This document shows, piece by piece, positions 10,507 to 20,646 of a stretch of DNA of 64,000 bases (position 1 is the first letter of the stretch; every line of letters begins with the position of its first letter). Made by a program: the position numbers and the translations under genes. Origin of the DNA: an uncultured Propionibacteriaceae bacterium. GTDB lineage: Bacteria > Actinomycetota > Actinomycetes > Propionibacteriales > Propionibacteriaceae. The DNA is taken from positions 27,893-91,892 of the forward strand of contig CALCKT010000062.1 of NCBI GenBank assembly GCA_937965785.1. Reading direction: 5' to 3'. Below the pieces are notes generated by a model. It saw nothing but the letters and a program-made list of their open reading frames with translations. It did not search any database and was not told where the DNA came from.

Positions 10507-12624
10507 TCAGCGGCCTATGGTGCGGTGGAGGAAGCTCCAGATCAGGGCGTTCATCCAGGCGCGCTGGGCGTTGTCGGCCGCCCCTCCGTGGCCGCCCTCC
10601 GTGTTCTCCCAGTAGCGGACGTCGGCGCCGACGGCCTCCAGGGCCGCCGTGAACTTGCGGGCGTGGCCCGGGTGGACGCGGTCGTCGCGGGTGGATGTGG
10701 TCACCAGCGTCGCCGGATAGTCCGCCGACTCGTCCAGGAGGTGGTAGGGGCTGAAGGTGCGGATGTAGTCCCAGTCCGCGGTGTCGGGGTCGCCGTACTC
10801 GGCTATCCACGACGCGCCCGCCAGGAGTTTCGTGTAGCGGCGCATGTCGAGCAGCGGAACCTGGATCACCACCGCCCCGAACAGGCCCGGGTACCGGGTG
10901 AGCATGTTGCCGGTGAGCAGGCCACCGTTCGACCCACCCAGGCACGCCAGGCGCTCCCGGGTGGTCACGCCACGGGCGACGAGATCCCGCGCGACCGCCG
11001 CGAAATCCTCGTAGGCGCGGTGCCGGCGCTCCTTCAGCGCGGCCTGATGCCAGGCCGGGCCGTACTCACCGCCGCCGCGGATGTTCGCGACCACGTGGGT
11101 GCCGCCCCGCTCCAGCCACGCCTTGCCCGTCAGCGGCCCGTACTGCGGCGACATCGACACCTCGAAACCGCCGTAACCCCCGAGCAGGGTCGGGTTCTCC
11201 TCGGCCGGGGGCAGGTCGCGGCGACCGATCTGGAAATACGGCACGCGCGTGCCGTCGTCGCTGATCGCGAAGTGCTGGCTCACCTCGAGGCCCGTGACGT
11301 CGAAGTGCGACGGCTCCGCCTTCATCTTCACCAGCGGCGACGGATCCCCGCCCTCCAGCAGCGGCGCCAGATCGCCCAGGTACAGCGTCGACGGCTGGAT
11401 GAAACCCGTGGCCGTGATCCACAGCTCATCGCCCTCGACATCGTCGACGGCCGACGCCCACACCGTGCCCGGCAGGTCGCGGTGAATCCGGCGCGACTGC
11501 CACTGCTCGCCGTCGTGGTGGAACGCCAGCAGGTAGGTTCGGACATCCTCCTGGGCCGTGACCACGATGAAGTTCCGGGTGACGAAGAAGTCCGCGATCG
11601 AAGTCGACTCCGACGGGGCGAACAACACCCGCACGCGCGGCCCCTTCCCCTCCCAGCCGGGCAGGAACGACTCCAGCCGCGCCACCGCGAGGGATCCCGC
11701 GGGCACCAGCACGTCGTCGACCTCCCAGTCGGTGCGGGGCGTGAGCAGCAGCAGGTCGCGGTGGGGTGCGGCCGTGCAGTCGGAGGGGACATCGATCAGG
11801 CTCAGCGAGTCGTCGGGGTTCAGCAGGAACAGGTCGTAGTCGTAGAAGCCGCGGACCCGGTAGACCCAGTCGCGCACGAAATCCGGCACGTGATCGCGAC
11901 CCGCACCGACCTGCATGTCCGTCGGCTCACCCCGGTAGACGAGATCCGCCTCCGGCATTGGCGTTCCCCGGCGCCAGCGACGCACCTGCAGCGGATACCC
12001 GGAGCTGCTGACGCTCTCGGGTCCGAAATCGGTGGCGACGAAAACCGTGTCGGCGTCGATCCAGCTGAGGCTCCCCTTCGCATCGGGCCGTTCGAACCCG
12101 CCCTCGGATGCCGGCACGAATTGTTTGGTGACCAGATCGAACTCGCGGGTGACGTCCGCGTCGGAGCCGCCGTGGGACAGGGCGACCAGGGCGTGCCGCC
12201 ACGGCTGGCCCTCCTCCGGGCGCAGCACGCTGGCGCCGTGCCACACCCAGTCCTCCTGCTCCGCCTCGTTGAGGGCGTCGACGTCGATCAGCACCTCCCA
12301 GTCGGGCTCCTCGGTGCGGTAGGAGTCCATCGACGTGCGCCGCCACAGCCCCCGCGGATGCTCCGCGTCGGTCCAGAAGTTGTACAACTGGCCGCCGCGG
12401 CGCACCACGTTCGGGATGCTCGCCGGGGAGTCGAGGATCGCCTTCAGCTCCGCAGCCAGGGTCCTTGCCCCGCCGTCCGCGTCGAGTTCCTCCTCGGCGC
12501 GCGCGTTGTGTTCGCGCACCCACCCCAGCGCGTCCTCGCCGGTCACTTCCTCGAGCCACAGCCACGGGTCGGTGGAGCCGTCGCGGGCGGGCAGGCCGGG
12601 ATTTCGGGACTGGTCATCGCTCAT
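10507..12624 (-). CDS. Prolyl oligopeptidase (S9A family)
   Basis: GGSNGGLL catalytic serine motif, an N-terminal beta-propeller and a C-terminal alpha/beta hydrolase domain, total 705 aa. Confidence 0.85.
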   Translation of the reverse strand: MSDDQSRNPGLPARDGSTDPWLWLEEVTGEDALGWVREHNARAEEELDADGGARTLAAELKAILDSPASIPNVVRRGGQLYNFWTDAEHPRGLWRRTSMDSYRTEEPDWEVLIDVDALNEAEQEDWVWHGASVLRPEEGQPWRHALVALSHGGSDADVTREFDLVTKQFVPASEGGFERPDAKGSLSWIDADTVFVATDFGPESVSSSGYPLQVRRWRRGTPMPEADLVYRGEPTDMQVGAGRDHVPDFVRDWVYRVRGFYDYDLFLLNPDDSLSLIDVPSDCTAAPHRDLLLLTPRTDWEVDDVLVPAGSLAVARLESFLPGWEGKGPRVRVLFAPSESTSIADFFVTRNFIVVTAQEDVRTYLLAFHHDGEQWQSRRIHRDLPGTVWASAVDDVEGDELWITATGFIQPSTLYLGDLAPLLEGGDPSPLVKMKAEPSHFDVTGLEVSQHFAISDDGTRVPYFQIGRRDLPPAEENPTLLGGYGGFEVSMSPQYGPLTGKAWLERGGTHVVANIRGGGEYGPAWHQAALKERRHRAYEDFAAVARDLVARGVTTRERLACLGGSNGGLLTGNMLTRYPGLFGAVVIQVPLLDMRRYTKLLAGASWIAEYGDPDTADWDYIRTFSPYHLLDESADYPATLVTTSTRDDRVHPGHARKFTAALEAVGADVRYWENTEGGHGGAADNAQRAWMNALIWSFLHRTIGR

Positions 12625-12680
12625 GGGACACGAGCCTAGTCTCGGAAGAGCCGCGACGGTACTCCGCGAGGGTATTCCCG

Positions 12681-13598
12681 TCAGTAGGAGAACACCTCGT
12701 CGACGACCCGGGTGGGCACGTCCTCCAGGGTGGCGTAGCGCCAGGCGGGCTGGTTGTCCTTGTCGATCAGGAGCGCGCGCACGCCCTCGACGAAGTCGAC
12801 GGGGATCATGTGTTCCGCGAGGCGCAGGTCCTGGTGCAGCACCCCGTTCAGGTCGAGGGTGGCGGCCCGCCGCAGTGCCCGCAGCGCGATGTGAACCGAG
12901 AACGGTGAGCGGGCCCGCAGCTCGCGACCCGCCTGCTGGGCGGCCGGGTCGGGGTGTTCCTCGAGCCGACGGGCGATCTCCACCGGATCATCGCCGGTGT
13001 AGCACTCCTGGATCCAGACGGCCTCCGACAACGGGGCGGGCAGGTCGCCGTCGGCCGACTCGTCGGCCAGGTTGATGCGCAGGGCGTCGCCCCCGCCGAT
13101 CGTGCCGGAGGTCAGCGCCATGTGGGTGCCCAGCGCCCCCGCCCGCGCCAGCCAGTACATGACGCCCGCGTCCGGGAAGAAACCGATCTTCGTCTCCGGC
13201 ATCGCCATCAGCGTCGATGAATCGACTATTCGCCGGTCGGCGTTGACCGTCAGGCCCAGGCCGCCGCCCATGGTGATGCCGCTGAGATGGGCGGTGACGT
13301 GTTTCGGGAACTGGGCGACGATCAGGTCGAGCAGGTACTCGACCTCCAGGAACCGCAGCCAGGGTTTCCCTTCGCTGATGGCCTGCGACAGCTCCCGCAC
13401 GTCGGCGCCCGCGCTGAACCCGCGCGTTCCCTCGCCTCGGAGCACCACCTCCCGCACCGAGTCGTCGTGGGCCCACGAGGTGAGGATTTCGCTTGCTGCC
13501 TGGAACATCTCCAGGGTGAGGGAGTTGATGACGTTGGGACGGTTGAGGGTGAGAGTCGCGACCCCGTCGTCCAGGGTGGTGACGAGCAGATCAGTCAT
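12681..13598 (-). CDS. Enoyl-CoA hydratase / 3-hydroxyisobutyryl-CoA hydrolase family
   Basis: Crotonase fold with a GFSAGADV oxyanion motif. Confidence 0.75.
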   Translation of the reverse strand: MTDLLVTTLDDGVATLTLNRPNVINSLTLEMFQAASEILTSWAHDDSVREVVLRGEGTRGFSAGADVRELSQAISEGKPWLRFLEVEYLLDLIVAQFPKHVTAHLSGITMGGGLGLTVNADRRIVDSSTLMAMPETKIGFFPDAGVMYWLARAGALGTHMALTSGTIGGGDALRINLADESADGDLPAPLSEAVWIQECYTGDDPVEIARRLEEHPDPAAQQAGRELRARSPFSVHIALRALRRAATLDLNGVLHQDLRLAEHMIPVDFVEGVRALLIDKDNQPAWRYATLEDVPTRVVDEVFSY

Positions 13599-13664
13599 GA
13601 GGACAGCCTATGAGGTTCACGAAGCGCATCCGAACCGGAAACGGGAATCAACTGTCCGGAGGAT

Positions 13665-14636
13665 CTAGTCGAGTCGCAGCCCGGGGCGCATCTCGTGCAG
13701 CACCGCGAGGGCGGTTTCCTCGTCGATCACCAGATCCGTCGCGACTCCGGCGCGCAGCGCACCCAGCACCGGCACCGCCTTGCCCGTCCCGCTGACCACG
13801 CAGATGCGACGGGGAATGGTTCGCAGCTCCGCCGGGGTCATGCCGGTGGCGCGGGAGTTGATGGGGAGGTCGCGCCAGGACCCGTCGGCCCGCAGCATCA
13901 CGGTGCAGACATCGCCCACCACACCCTCCGATTTCAGGCAGGCCAGTTCGGAGTCGTCGAGGTAGTTGGCGGAGTACACGTGCGACTGCAGGTCGGCGCC
14001 GAGTCCCCCCACCCCGAAGATCGCCTTCGTGCAGGAGGCCCGTACCTGGAGCATGTGGCGGGTGGAACGTTCCGCCCACATGGCGGTGCGGGTTCCGGGA
14101 TTGTCGAAGAAGGCCGGCAGCGCCAGGAACTGTTCCTCGCCGTGGAACGCGGCGGCGAAACGCTGCAGGATGGAACCCACGTAGGGCAGTCCCGTGGTGC
14201 GGTGGTTCGCGCCGCCGTTCAGGCTCACCACGGTCACCCCGGTCAGGTCGCGGGGTCGCAGGTGCTGGGCTACCGCTGAGACGGTGGTTCCCCACGCCAC
14301 CCCGACGACGTCGTTGTCGGTGACGATCTCGTCGAGGAGCCGGGCCGCCACCTTCGCGACCTGTTCGAGGCGCAGCACATAACTGGAACCGGGACGGACG
14401 TTGACCAGATGCGCCTGGACGCGGAAATTCTTGCGGAAGATCTCGGCCAGACGGGTCATGGGGCGGTCGGGGTCGGTGATGGTGACGCGCACCAAGCCCC
14501 GGTCCTTGGCATCCTTCAGCAGCCGCGACACCGTGGAACGGGAAACCCCCAGGTGGTGGGCGATCGCCTCCATGGTCTCGGACTGGATGTAGTACATGCG
14601 CGCAACCCGGAGCAACAACTCGGTGTCGCGTTCCAT
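13665..14636 (-). CDS. SorC/DeoR-type sugar-binding transcriptional regulator
   Basis: N-terminal HTH (IAHHLGVSRSTVSRLL) plus a C-terminal sugar-phosphate-binding domain. Confidence 0.75.
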   Translation of the reverse strand: MERDTELLLRVARMYYIQSETMEAIAHHLGVSRSTVSRLLKDAKDRGLVRVTITDPDRPMTRLAEIFRKNFRVQAHLVNVRPGSSYVLRLEQVAKVAARLLDEIVTDNDVVGVAWGTTVSAVAQHLRPRDLTGVTVVSLNGGANHRTTGLPYVGSILQRFAAAFHGEEQFLALPAFFDNPGTRTAMWAERSTRHMLQVRASCTKAIFGVGGLGADLQSHVYSANYLDDSELACLKSEGVVGDVCTVMLRADGSWRDLPINSRATGMTPAELRTIPRRICVVSGTGKAVPVLGALRAGVATDLVIDEETALAVLHEMRPGLRLD

Positions 14637-14746
14637 GGCGCTCCTTCGGGACAGGGCCGATGCATGATGACTGCGCCAGCGTATCCCTTGATGGAGGTCG
14701 AGCAGGTGCGGGAGGACGGATTGCTCGACCCGGCCGCGGAATTCGG

Positions 14747-15319
14747 TTACAGCAGGCCGAGCCCTTCCAGCAGAATGCGGGCCCCGATGATGATCAGCAC
14801 CACACCGCCCAAGAACTCGGCGGGCTTGCGGAACCTCACCCCGATCCGGTGTCCGATCCCGACCGCGGCGAACGAGGTCACCAGCGTGATCAGGCCGATG
14901 CAGAGGACCGCCAGGAGGATGGAGACCTCCAGCATCGCGAAGGACACCCCGACGGCCGCCGCGTCGATGCTGGTCGCGATCCCCAGGATCAGCAGGTGAC
15001 GCAGGTCGAGCCGGCCTCCCTGCCCGCCGTCGTCCTCGTCATCGTCGGCCTGGAACGCCTCCCAGGCCATCTTGCCGCCGATGATCGCGAGCAGAGCGAA
15101 GGCGATCCAGTGGTCGAAGGGATCAAGAATGCTGGTGAAGTTGGCTGCCAGGAGCCACCCGAGCAACGGCATCGCGGCCTGGAAACCCGCGAAGGTGAGG
15201 GCGACTAGCAGGGCGTGCCGGTAGTTGAAACGAGCCATCTTCAAGCCTCTGGTGAGAGAAGCGGCGAACGCGTCGGCGGACACCCCGAATCCGACCAACC
15301 AGATGGACCAGAGAGACAT
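14747..15319 (-). CDS. mntP: Manganese efflux pump MntP (DUF204)
   Basis: Duplicated DUF204 halves (FGVSADAF... / ATSIDAAAVG), with an ATG at 15319 after GGAAGG. The track ORF is extended upstream to 15610. Confidence 0.8.
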   Translation of the reverse strand: MSLWSIWLVGFGVSADAFAASLTRGLKMARFNYRHALLVALTFAGFQAAMPLLGWLLAANFTSILDPFDHWIAFALLAIIGGKMAWEAFQADDDEDDGGQGGRLDLRHLLILGIATSIDAAAVGVSFAMLEVSILLAVLCIGLITLVTSFAAVGIGHRIGVRFRKPAEFLGGVVLIIIGARILLEGLGLL

Positions 15320-15596
15320 CGTCAGACCTTCCAGGGTTCCTGTGGGAATTGAGTTGCGATGACCTCGTTTCCCGGGGAAATCCAACTCGTGAAACCACTG
15401 TGAACCCGCCGGTCGTGGTGTGTCCACGGGTAACTGAAAGTGTGTCTGACCACACCTTTTGCGACACCCGTCACCCTGTTGAGACGCGTCGCGGTTTCGG
15501 GAAGAATCGTCGTAGCGGGTGGAGACGCGACCCGCGACGAACAGCCTGCCGGGTGCGGTGACGGCCGCCGGCAGGACGACCCACCCGGAAGAAGGA

Positions 15597-16280
15597 ATGA
15601 TGACGGCCACCGGCGCTGACGTGACCCGGGTCGCGGAGGACTACCTCGCGCTGATCTGGAAGGCCTGCGAATGGCCCGACGACGGACGTCGTCCGAACAC
15701 CACCGACCTGGCCGCCGCCCTCGGTGTCACCCCCTCCACGGTCTCGGCCAGCCTGAAACGCCTGGCCAAGGAGGGAATGATCAAGTACCGCCCCTACGGC
15801 AACATCGAACTGACCGAGGAGGGCGAACGGATCGGGCGTGCGGTGGTGCGGCGTCACCGCATCATCGAGACCTACCTGGTCACGTCGCTGGGCATGCCCT
15901 GGGACCAGGTCCACGACGAGGCCGACCGGCTTGAGCACGCCGCATCCGAGGCGCTCGTCGACCGGATGGACGAGATCCTCGGCCACCCGGAAGCGGATCC
16001 GCACGGCGACCCGATCCCGAGGAGCGGCAACACCAACCACCTGGGGGTGGTGCTGATCGCCCACGTCGCAGCGGGCGCCAAGGTGCGGGTGGCGCGGGTC
16101 TCGGACTCCAACCCGGAGATTCTCCGGTTCCTCACGGAACGCGGCATAGCCATCGGGACACGCCTGGAGGTGCTGTCCGGGCTGTCCGGGATGGGGCTGA
16201 TGGCCGTCGGCCACGAGGGAACCGAGATCGAGCTCAGCGCGCCGATAGCCGAGGCGATCCACGTCGCGCCCGTGGGTTGA
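15597..16280 (+). CDS. DtxR-family metal-dependent regulator (MntR/IdeR-like) with C-terminal SH3-like domain
   Basis: DtxR N-terminal HTH and metal-site residues, and a FeoA/SH3-like C-terminus. It is divergent from mntP. Confidence 0.8.
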   Translation: MMTATGADVTRVAEDYLALIWKACEWPDDGRRPNTTDLAAALGVTPSTVSASLKRLAKEGMIKYRPYGNIELTEEGERIGRAVVRRHRIIETYLVTSLGMPWDQVHDEADRLEHAASEALVDRMDEILGHPEADPHGDPIPRSGNTNHLGVVLIAHVAAGAKVRVARVSDSNPEILRFLTERGIAIGTRLEVLSGLSGMGLMAVGHEGTEIELSAPIAEAIHVAPVG

Positions 16281-16286
16281 GGTTTC

Positions 16287-17639
16287 CTACCGCAGCAGGT
16301 CGTCGTGGTGGCCGACGTGGACCAGTTCAATGGTGCCGTCCGGGTACTGCCACCAGGTCAACCGCGCCGCCCCGGGGGCCCCGCGCTTGACATACGTCCG
16401 CCACGGAACGGCGCCCTCGGGAATGGACTTCTGGATCACCGACCTGCCCGGAATGATGAATTGGTGGGTTTTCCTCCGGTCCCAGGCGTGACCGGATAGA
16501 ACGTCAACCACGACCTGGATGATTTTCGCCCTGCCGCGCAACAGCTCCGCTTCCATGGAGTCGAGGAATCCTTCGCCGATGATGTAGGGACTCAGCGATT
16601 CCCCGCGTTCTTCCTCCGGGTTTCCGGTCAGCCATTCATATTCCACTTCCCAGCGGAATTGTTTTTCCGGGTCGCTGTAGACCCGGGGATATCCGCGACG
16701 TTCCTCCTGATCGGCCATTCGGCGGCGCAGGTGATCCAGTTCCTCCTCCGCCGCGTCGGCGCGGGAACGTTCCCTCGCCAAGGATTCGTGATCGCTGTCG
16801 AGAAGCAGCATGAGGTCGTCGATTATGGAACTGCGAAGCTTGTTCGCAATCCGCTCCGTCTGGGTGTCCAACAGGTTTTTCAGTTCGGTGGCGCTGAGTC
16901 CCGTGACGGTTGATTCGGGTGGCGCCGGGGCCGGTTCGGGGGTGGCCGGCGCAGGGGCCGGGCGAGGGGGTCCCGGTTTGGGAGCCGGCCCCGGTTTCGG
17001 GGCACGCGAACTCGGTGGTCCCGGTTTCGGGACCTTCAGGGCCCGGGCGGGGGCGGATGGCGCGACGTCCAGGGAGGACCTGAATCGGTTGAGAGCGGCC
17101 ATCTGGTCCTCGGACAGGGCCTGTGGTGGGGTGCTCGCGCCGACCTGACGTGGGCCTCCGATCCCTTGGTGGGATTTGACGTAATCCGCTATTTCGAGGC
17201 AGGCGCTGTCGGCGTCGTCTCCCGGATAGACCCGGAACAGTCGGTGTCGTCGCCAGTGGTCCGTTCTGGCGGCCCCCGCGAGGATCACCCGGATGCCGCC
17301 GCCATAAACCTGGAATTGAGGATCCACGGTGTCCGATAGTCGCTCGGAGGCGGTCATTGAATCAAGGACGGCCAATTCGGTTCCGGGAACCAGGTGCTGG
17401 GCCAGTAGCTTGGAATCGATCCGGGGTCGGTTCGTGTCGCTGGCAGGAGACACCACCACCAGGGCGCCGTCGCGTGACGAATCGAAAATCCTGCTCACCA
17501 GAATTCCGACATCGTTGACTCCGACCCGCCACTCGGAAACCACAATCCCTCTCCCTTGACACAGCCCGTTTCGGTCGACAAGCAATCGCTGCCGCCACCC
17601 CGACGCGAAGTAGTCGCCAGCGATCCGGCTACAACCCAT
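16287..17639 (-). CDS. Hypothetical protein (450 aa) with Pro-rich linker
   Basis: No clear family. The C-terminal about 40 aa (ARLTWWQYPDGTIELVHVGHHDDL) resembles the C-terminal strand pattern of RelE/ParE toxins. Confidence 0.5.
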   Translation of the reverse strand: MGCSRIAGDYFASGWRQRLLVDRNGLCQGRGIVVSEWRVGVNDVGILVSRIFDSSRDGALVVVSPASDTNRPRIDSKLLAQHLVPGTELAVLDSMTASERLSDTVDPQFQVYGGGIRVILAGAARTDHWRRHRLFRVYPGDDADSACLEIADYVKSHQGIGGPRQVGASTPPQALSEDQMAALNRFRSSLDVAPSAPARALKVPKPGPPSSRAPKPGPAPKPGPPRPAPAPATPEPAPAPPESTVTGLSATELKNLLDTQTERIANKLRSSIIDDLMLLLDSDHESLARERSRADAAEEELDHLRRRMADQEERRGYPRVYSDPEKQFRWEVEYEWLTGNPEEERGESLSPYIIGEGFLDSMEAELLRGRAKIIQVVVDVLSGHAWDRRKTHQFIIPGRSVIQKSIPEGAVPWRTYVKRGAPGAARLTWWQYPDGTIELVHVGHHDDLLR

Positions 17640-17888
17640 TGTTGCAGAGTCCGCAACAGGACCAAATACGACGAGCCGGCGGGGTGTTCGTCGCCCGAGA
17701 ATCGTGCAAAATTAGAAGTTTCGGCCAGGGAGGGGCGACGGGGGCAACGTGGATGTGATGCTTCCTTGCTCCCTTCCTGAGCTCGGTCGCGTCGGATCGT
17801 GTCTTGTGGCGTGCATCACGAATGCAGCAGCTGAGTTGACGAAGGCCCTCCGGCCAGGTGTCTTCCGTGGTCAGAGGGCCTTTCACAG

Positions 17889-17964
17889 GGTCGGGGTGAC
17901 AGGATTTGAACCTGCGGCCTCGTCGTCCCGAACGACGCGCGCTACCAAGCTGCGCCACACCCCG
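17889..17964 (-). tRNA. tRNA-Pro (anticodon CGG)
   Basis: The reverse complement CGGGGTGTGGCGCAGCTTGGTAGCGCGCGTCGTTCGGGACGACGAGGCCGCAGGTTCAAATCCTGTCACCCCGACC folds as a cloverleaf, with the anticodon loop TTCGGGA. The terminal A of CCA is not encoded (genomic ...ACCC). Confidence 0.85.
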
Positions 17965-18041
17965 GTGGCTCGTCCGAGCCAGCGGAAAGAATATACCAGC
18001 GCAGGCGCGCGGGTGAAATCGTCGCCCGGGTCGCGGTTTCC

Positions 18042-19322
18042 TCAGGTGGCGGCGTCGATCCTTCCCAGGATCACCGGGTCGGGGGTGACCGGGTTCCCGG
18101 AGTAGGTGACAGCGCCGTCGAGGGCCTCCAGGGCGCGGTCGAAGCGCTCCGGTGTGGCGGTGTGGAGGGTGAACAGCGGGGCTCCCCGGGTGATGTGGTC
18201 GCCGGGTTTGGCGTGCATCTCGAGGCCCGCGACCGCCTGCACGTCGTCCTCCTTGCGGGCCCGGCCCGCCCCCAGCCGCCAAGCCGCAACCCCGACCGCC
18301 ATCGCGTCCAGGCGCGCGACGTACCCGTCGGTTTCCGCGGCGACGACGTGGGTGTGCTCCGCCACCGGCAGGGGCGCGTCGGGGTCGCCGCCCTGCGCCG
18401 CGACCATGCGCCGCCACACGTCCATCGCGCGGCCGTCCTGCAGCGCCGGGGCCGGGTCGACGTCGGGTTTGCCGGCGGCGGCCAGCATCTCGCGGGCGAG
18501 TCGCACGGTCAGTTCCACCACGTCGCGCGGGCCGCCGCCCGCCAGCACCTCCAGCGATTCGCGGACCTCGAGTGCGTTCCCTGCGGTCCGGCCGAGGGGG
18601 GTGTCCATGTTCGTCAGCAGCGCGACGGTGTTGACGCCCGCGTCCGTTCCCAGCGCCACCATGGTGCGGGCCAGCTCCTCCGCGCGGTCGCGGGTCTTCA
18701 TGAACGCGCCCGAACCGACCTTCACGTCCAGCACCAGCGCCCCCGTGCCCTCCGCGATCTTCTTGCTCATGATCGACGACGCGATCAGCGGGATGGCCTC
18801 GACGGTGCCGGTGGCATCGCGCAGGGCGTAGAGCTTCTTGTCGGCCGGCGCCAGGCCGGAACCGGCGGCGCAGACCACCGCTCCGACATCGGCCAGCTGC
18901 GCCAGCAACTCCTCGTTGTCCAGGGCGGCGCGCCAGCCCGGGATGGCTTCCATCTTGTCGAGGGTGCCACCCGTGTGCCCCAGGCCGCGTCCCGACAGCT
19001 GCGGCACCGCCACGTCGAAGGCCGCCACCAGGGGAGCCAGGGGCAGGGTGATCTTGTCGCCGACCCCGCCCGTGGAGTGCTTGTCGGCGGTGGGTTTGCC
19101 CAGCGACGAGAAGTCCATGCGCTGGCCGGAGGCGATCATCGCGGCGGTCCAGCGGGCGATCTCGTCGCGGTCCATGCCGTTGAGCAGGATCGCCATCGCC
19201 AGCGCCGACATCTGCTCGTCGGCCACCACCCCGTCGGTGTAGGCCCGGATCACCCAGTCGATCTGGTCGTCGCTGAGCCTGCCGCCGTCGCGTTTGGTGG
19301 AGATGACCTCTATGGCGTCCAT
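18042..19322 (-). CDS. deoA: Thymidine (pyrimidine-nucleoside) phosphorylase
   Basis: KHSTGGVGDK phosphate-binding motif and full-length homology. The start is the ATG at 19322. Confidence 0.85.
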   Translation of the reverse strand: MDAIEVISTKRDGGRLSDDQIDWVIRAYTDGVVADEQMSALAMAILLNGMDRDEIARWTAAMIASGQRMDFSSLGKPTADKHSTGGVGDKITLPLAPLVAAFDVAVPQLSGRGLGHTGGTLDKMEAIPGWRAALDNEELLAQLADVGAVVCAAGSGLAPADKKLYALRDATGTVEAIPLIASSIMSKKIAEGTGALVLDVKVGSGAFMKTRDRAEELARTMVALGTDAGVNTVALLTNMDTPLGRTAGNALEVRESLEVLAGGGPRDVVELTVRLAREMLAAAGKPDVDPAPALQDGRAMDVWRRMVAAQGGDPDAPLPVAEHTHVVAAETDGYVARLDAMAVGVAAWRLGAGRARKEDDVQAVAGLEMHAKPGDHITRGAPLFTLHTATPERFDRALEALDGAVTYSGNPVTPDPVILGRIDAAT

Positions 19323-19370
19323 GTTGATGAGTCTAGGACCCGTTCGGTGAAAGGTTTCGTCGTGGGTGTG

Positions 19371-19418
19371 GAGGATTTTGTACCGTGTACGCCACAAAAT
19401 CTTTCACAATGACATAAT
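19371..19418 (+). promoter_or_regulatory. Conserved 47-bp motif A (hairpin GGATTTTGT...ACAAAATC plus CACAATGACATAAT)
   Basis: About 80% identical to 45785-45831. It sits immediately upstream of the MFS transporter RBS. Confidence 0.5.
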
Positions 19419-19425
19419 CCCGGAG

Positions 19426-20601
19426 ATGAGTGCTGACGCCCGGCGGGCCCGGTGGGGTGTCGTCATGCTGTTCTGGTTGAACGGGGTGGCGTGGTCGTCG
19501 ATCCTGCCCAGATATCCCGAGATCAAGGAGTCCCTGAGGCTCGACGACCAGTGGTGGGGCATCGCGGTGGCGATCGGTCCTATCGGCGGCCTGGTCGCGG
19601 GCCTGGTGACGGCCGCGCTGATCCGGCGGTACTCGTCGGCGTGGGTGTCGGTGGTCTCGCAGGTGGTGGGGATCGCCGTGCTGAACCTCATCGGCAACGC
19701 CCCTGCGGCCTGGGTGTTCGCGGTGGGGGTGTTCCTGATGGCGAGCCTCGACACGCTGACCGACATCTCGATGAACGCCCACGGACTGCGTGTCCAGGAA
19801 CTCTACGGCCGCCCGATCCTCAACAGTTTCCACGGTTGGTGGTCGATCGGCGCGGTGTGCGGGGGTTTCATTGGTTCCGCCGCTCGGCAGGCGGGGATTC
19901 CCGTCTGGGCGCAGTGCATCGCGGCGACGGTGGTTTTCGGTGGGATGTCGCTGGGTGCGAAGACCTTGCTGCTTCCCGGCCTGGACCACGACCCGCAGGC
20001 CGAGAGGAGCCGGCAACAGCGACGGCGGCGTCTGACTGCCGGTACCTTCGTGCGACTCGCGGCGCTCGGACTGCTCGGCGCCTCGGCCGGGCTGATGGAG
20101 GACACCGGTTCCACCTGGGGTGCGATCTACCTGGACCGGCAGTTCGAGGTCATCCCGTTCGTGGCGGGCATGGCCTTCGTCGGGTTGCAGGGGGCGCAGC
20201 TGATCGGCCGGTTCACCGGCGACGCCCTGGTGTCGCGGATCGGCCCGCGACTCGCCGTCGTGCAGGGCGGCATCATCGCTTTCATCGGCATGGGATTGTC
20301 GCTGATCTGGCCGTCGCCGACCACCGCGATCCTGGGTTTCGCCTGCGTCGGCTGGGGTGTCGCGACGGCGATCCCATCGGCCATGCACGCCGCCGACGAG
20401 CTACCCGACATGAACCACGGCGACGGGCTGATGATCGTCACCTGGATGATGAGGATCGGATTCTTCGCGGGTCCGCCGCTGATCGGCTCCTTGTCGGAGG
20501 CCACCGATCTGCGCCTGGCGCTGTGGGTGGTCCCGGCCTTCGCGGTCGTGATCCTGGTGCTGAGCCCGTCGCTGGGCCGGGATGTCGGTGGGAGGCGGTG
20601 A
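19426..20601 (+). CDS. MFS transporter
   Basis: 12-TM major facilitator architecture, with the ATG at 19426 after GGAG. Confidence 0.75.
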   Translation: MSADARRARWGVVMLFWLNGVAWSSILPRYPEIKESLRLDDQWWGIAVAIGPIGGLVAGLVTAALIRRYSSAWVSVVSQVVGIAVLNLIGNAPAAWVFAVGVFLMASLDTLTDISMNAHGLRVQELYGRPILNSFHGWWSIGAVCGGFIGSAARQAGIPVWAQCIAATVVFGGMSLGAKTLLLPGLDHDPQAERSRQQRRRRLTAGTFVRLAALGLLGASAGLMEDTGSTWGAIYLDRQFEVIPFVAGMAFVGLQGAQLIGRFTGDALVSRIGPRLAVVQGGIIAFIGMGLSLIWPSPTTAILGFACVGWGVATAIPSAMHAADELPDMNHGDGLMIVTWMMRIGFFAGPPLIGSLSEATDLRLALWVVPAFAVVILVLSPSLGRDVGGRR

Positions 20602-20646
20602 CACCCTCTCGGTTTCCGGTCAGAGGTGTGAAGTAGAGTGTGAAGC

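Noticed and set aside
10423-12639. 738-aa plus-strand ORF antisense to the prolyl oligopeptidase gene, and similar long antisense ORFs (4236-5453, 4993-6441, 40222-41205, 46091-47773, 48635-49891, 53186-55711)
   Set aside because: These are stop-poor high-GC antisense frames with low-complexity, Arg/Gly/Pro-rich translations, while the opposite strand encodes recognisable proteins.
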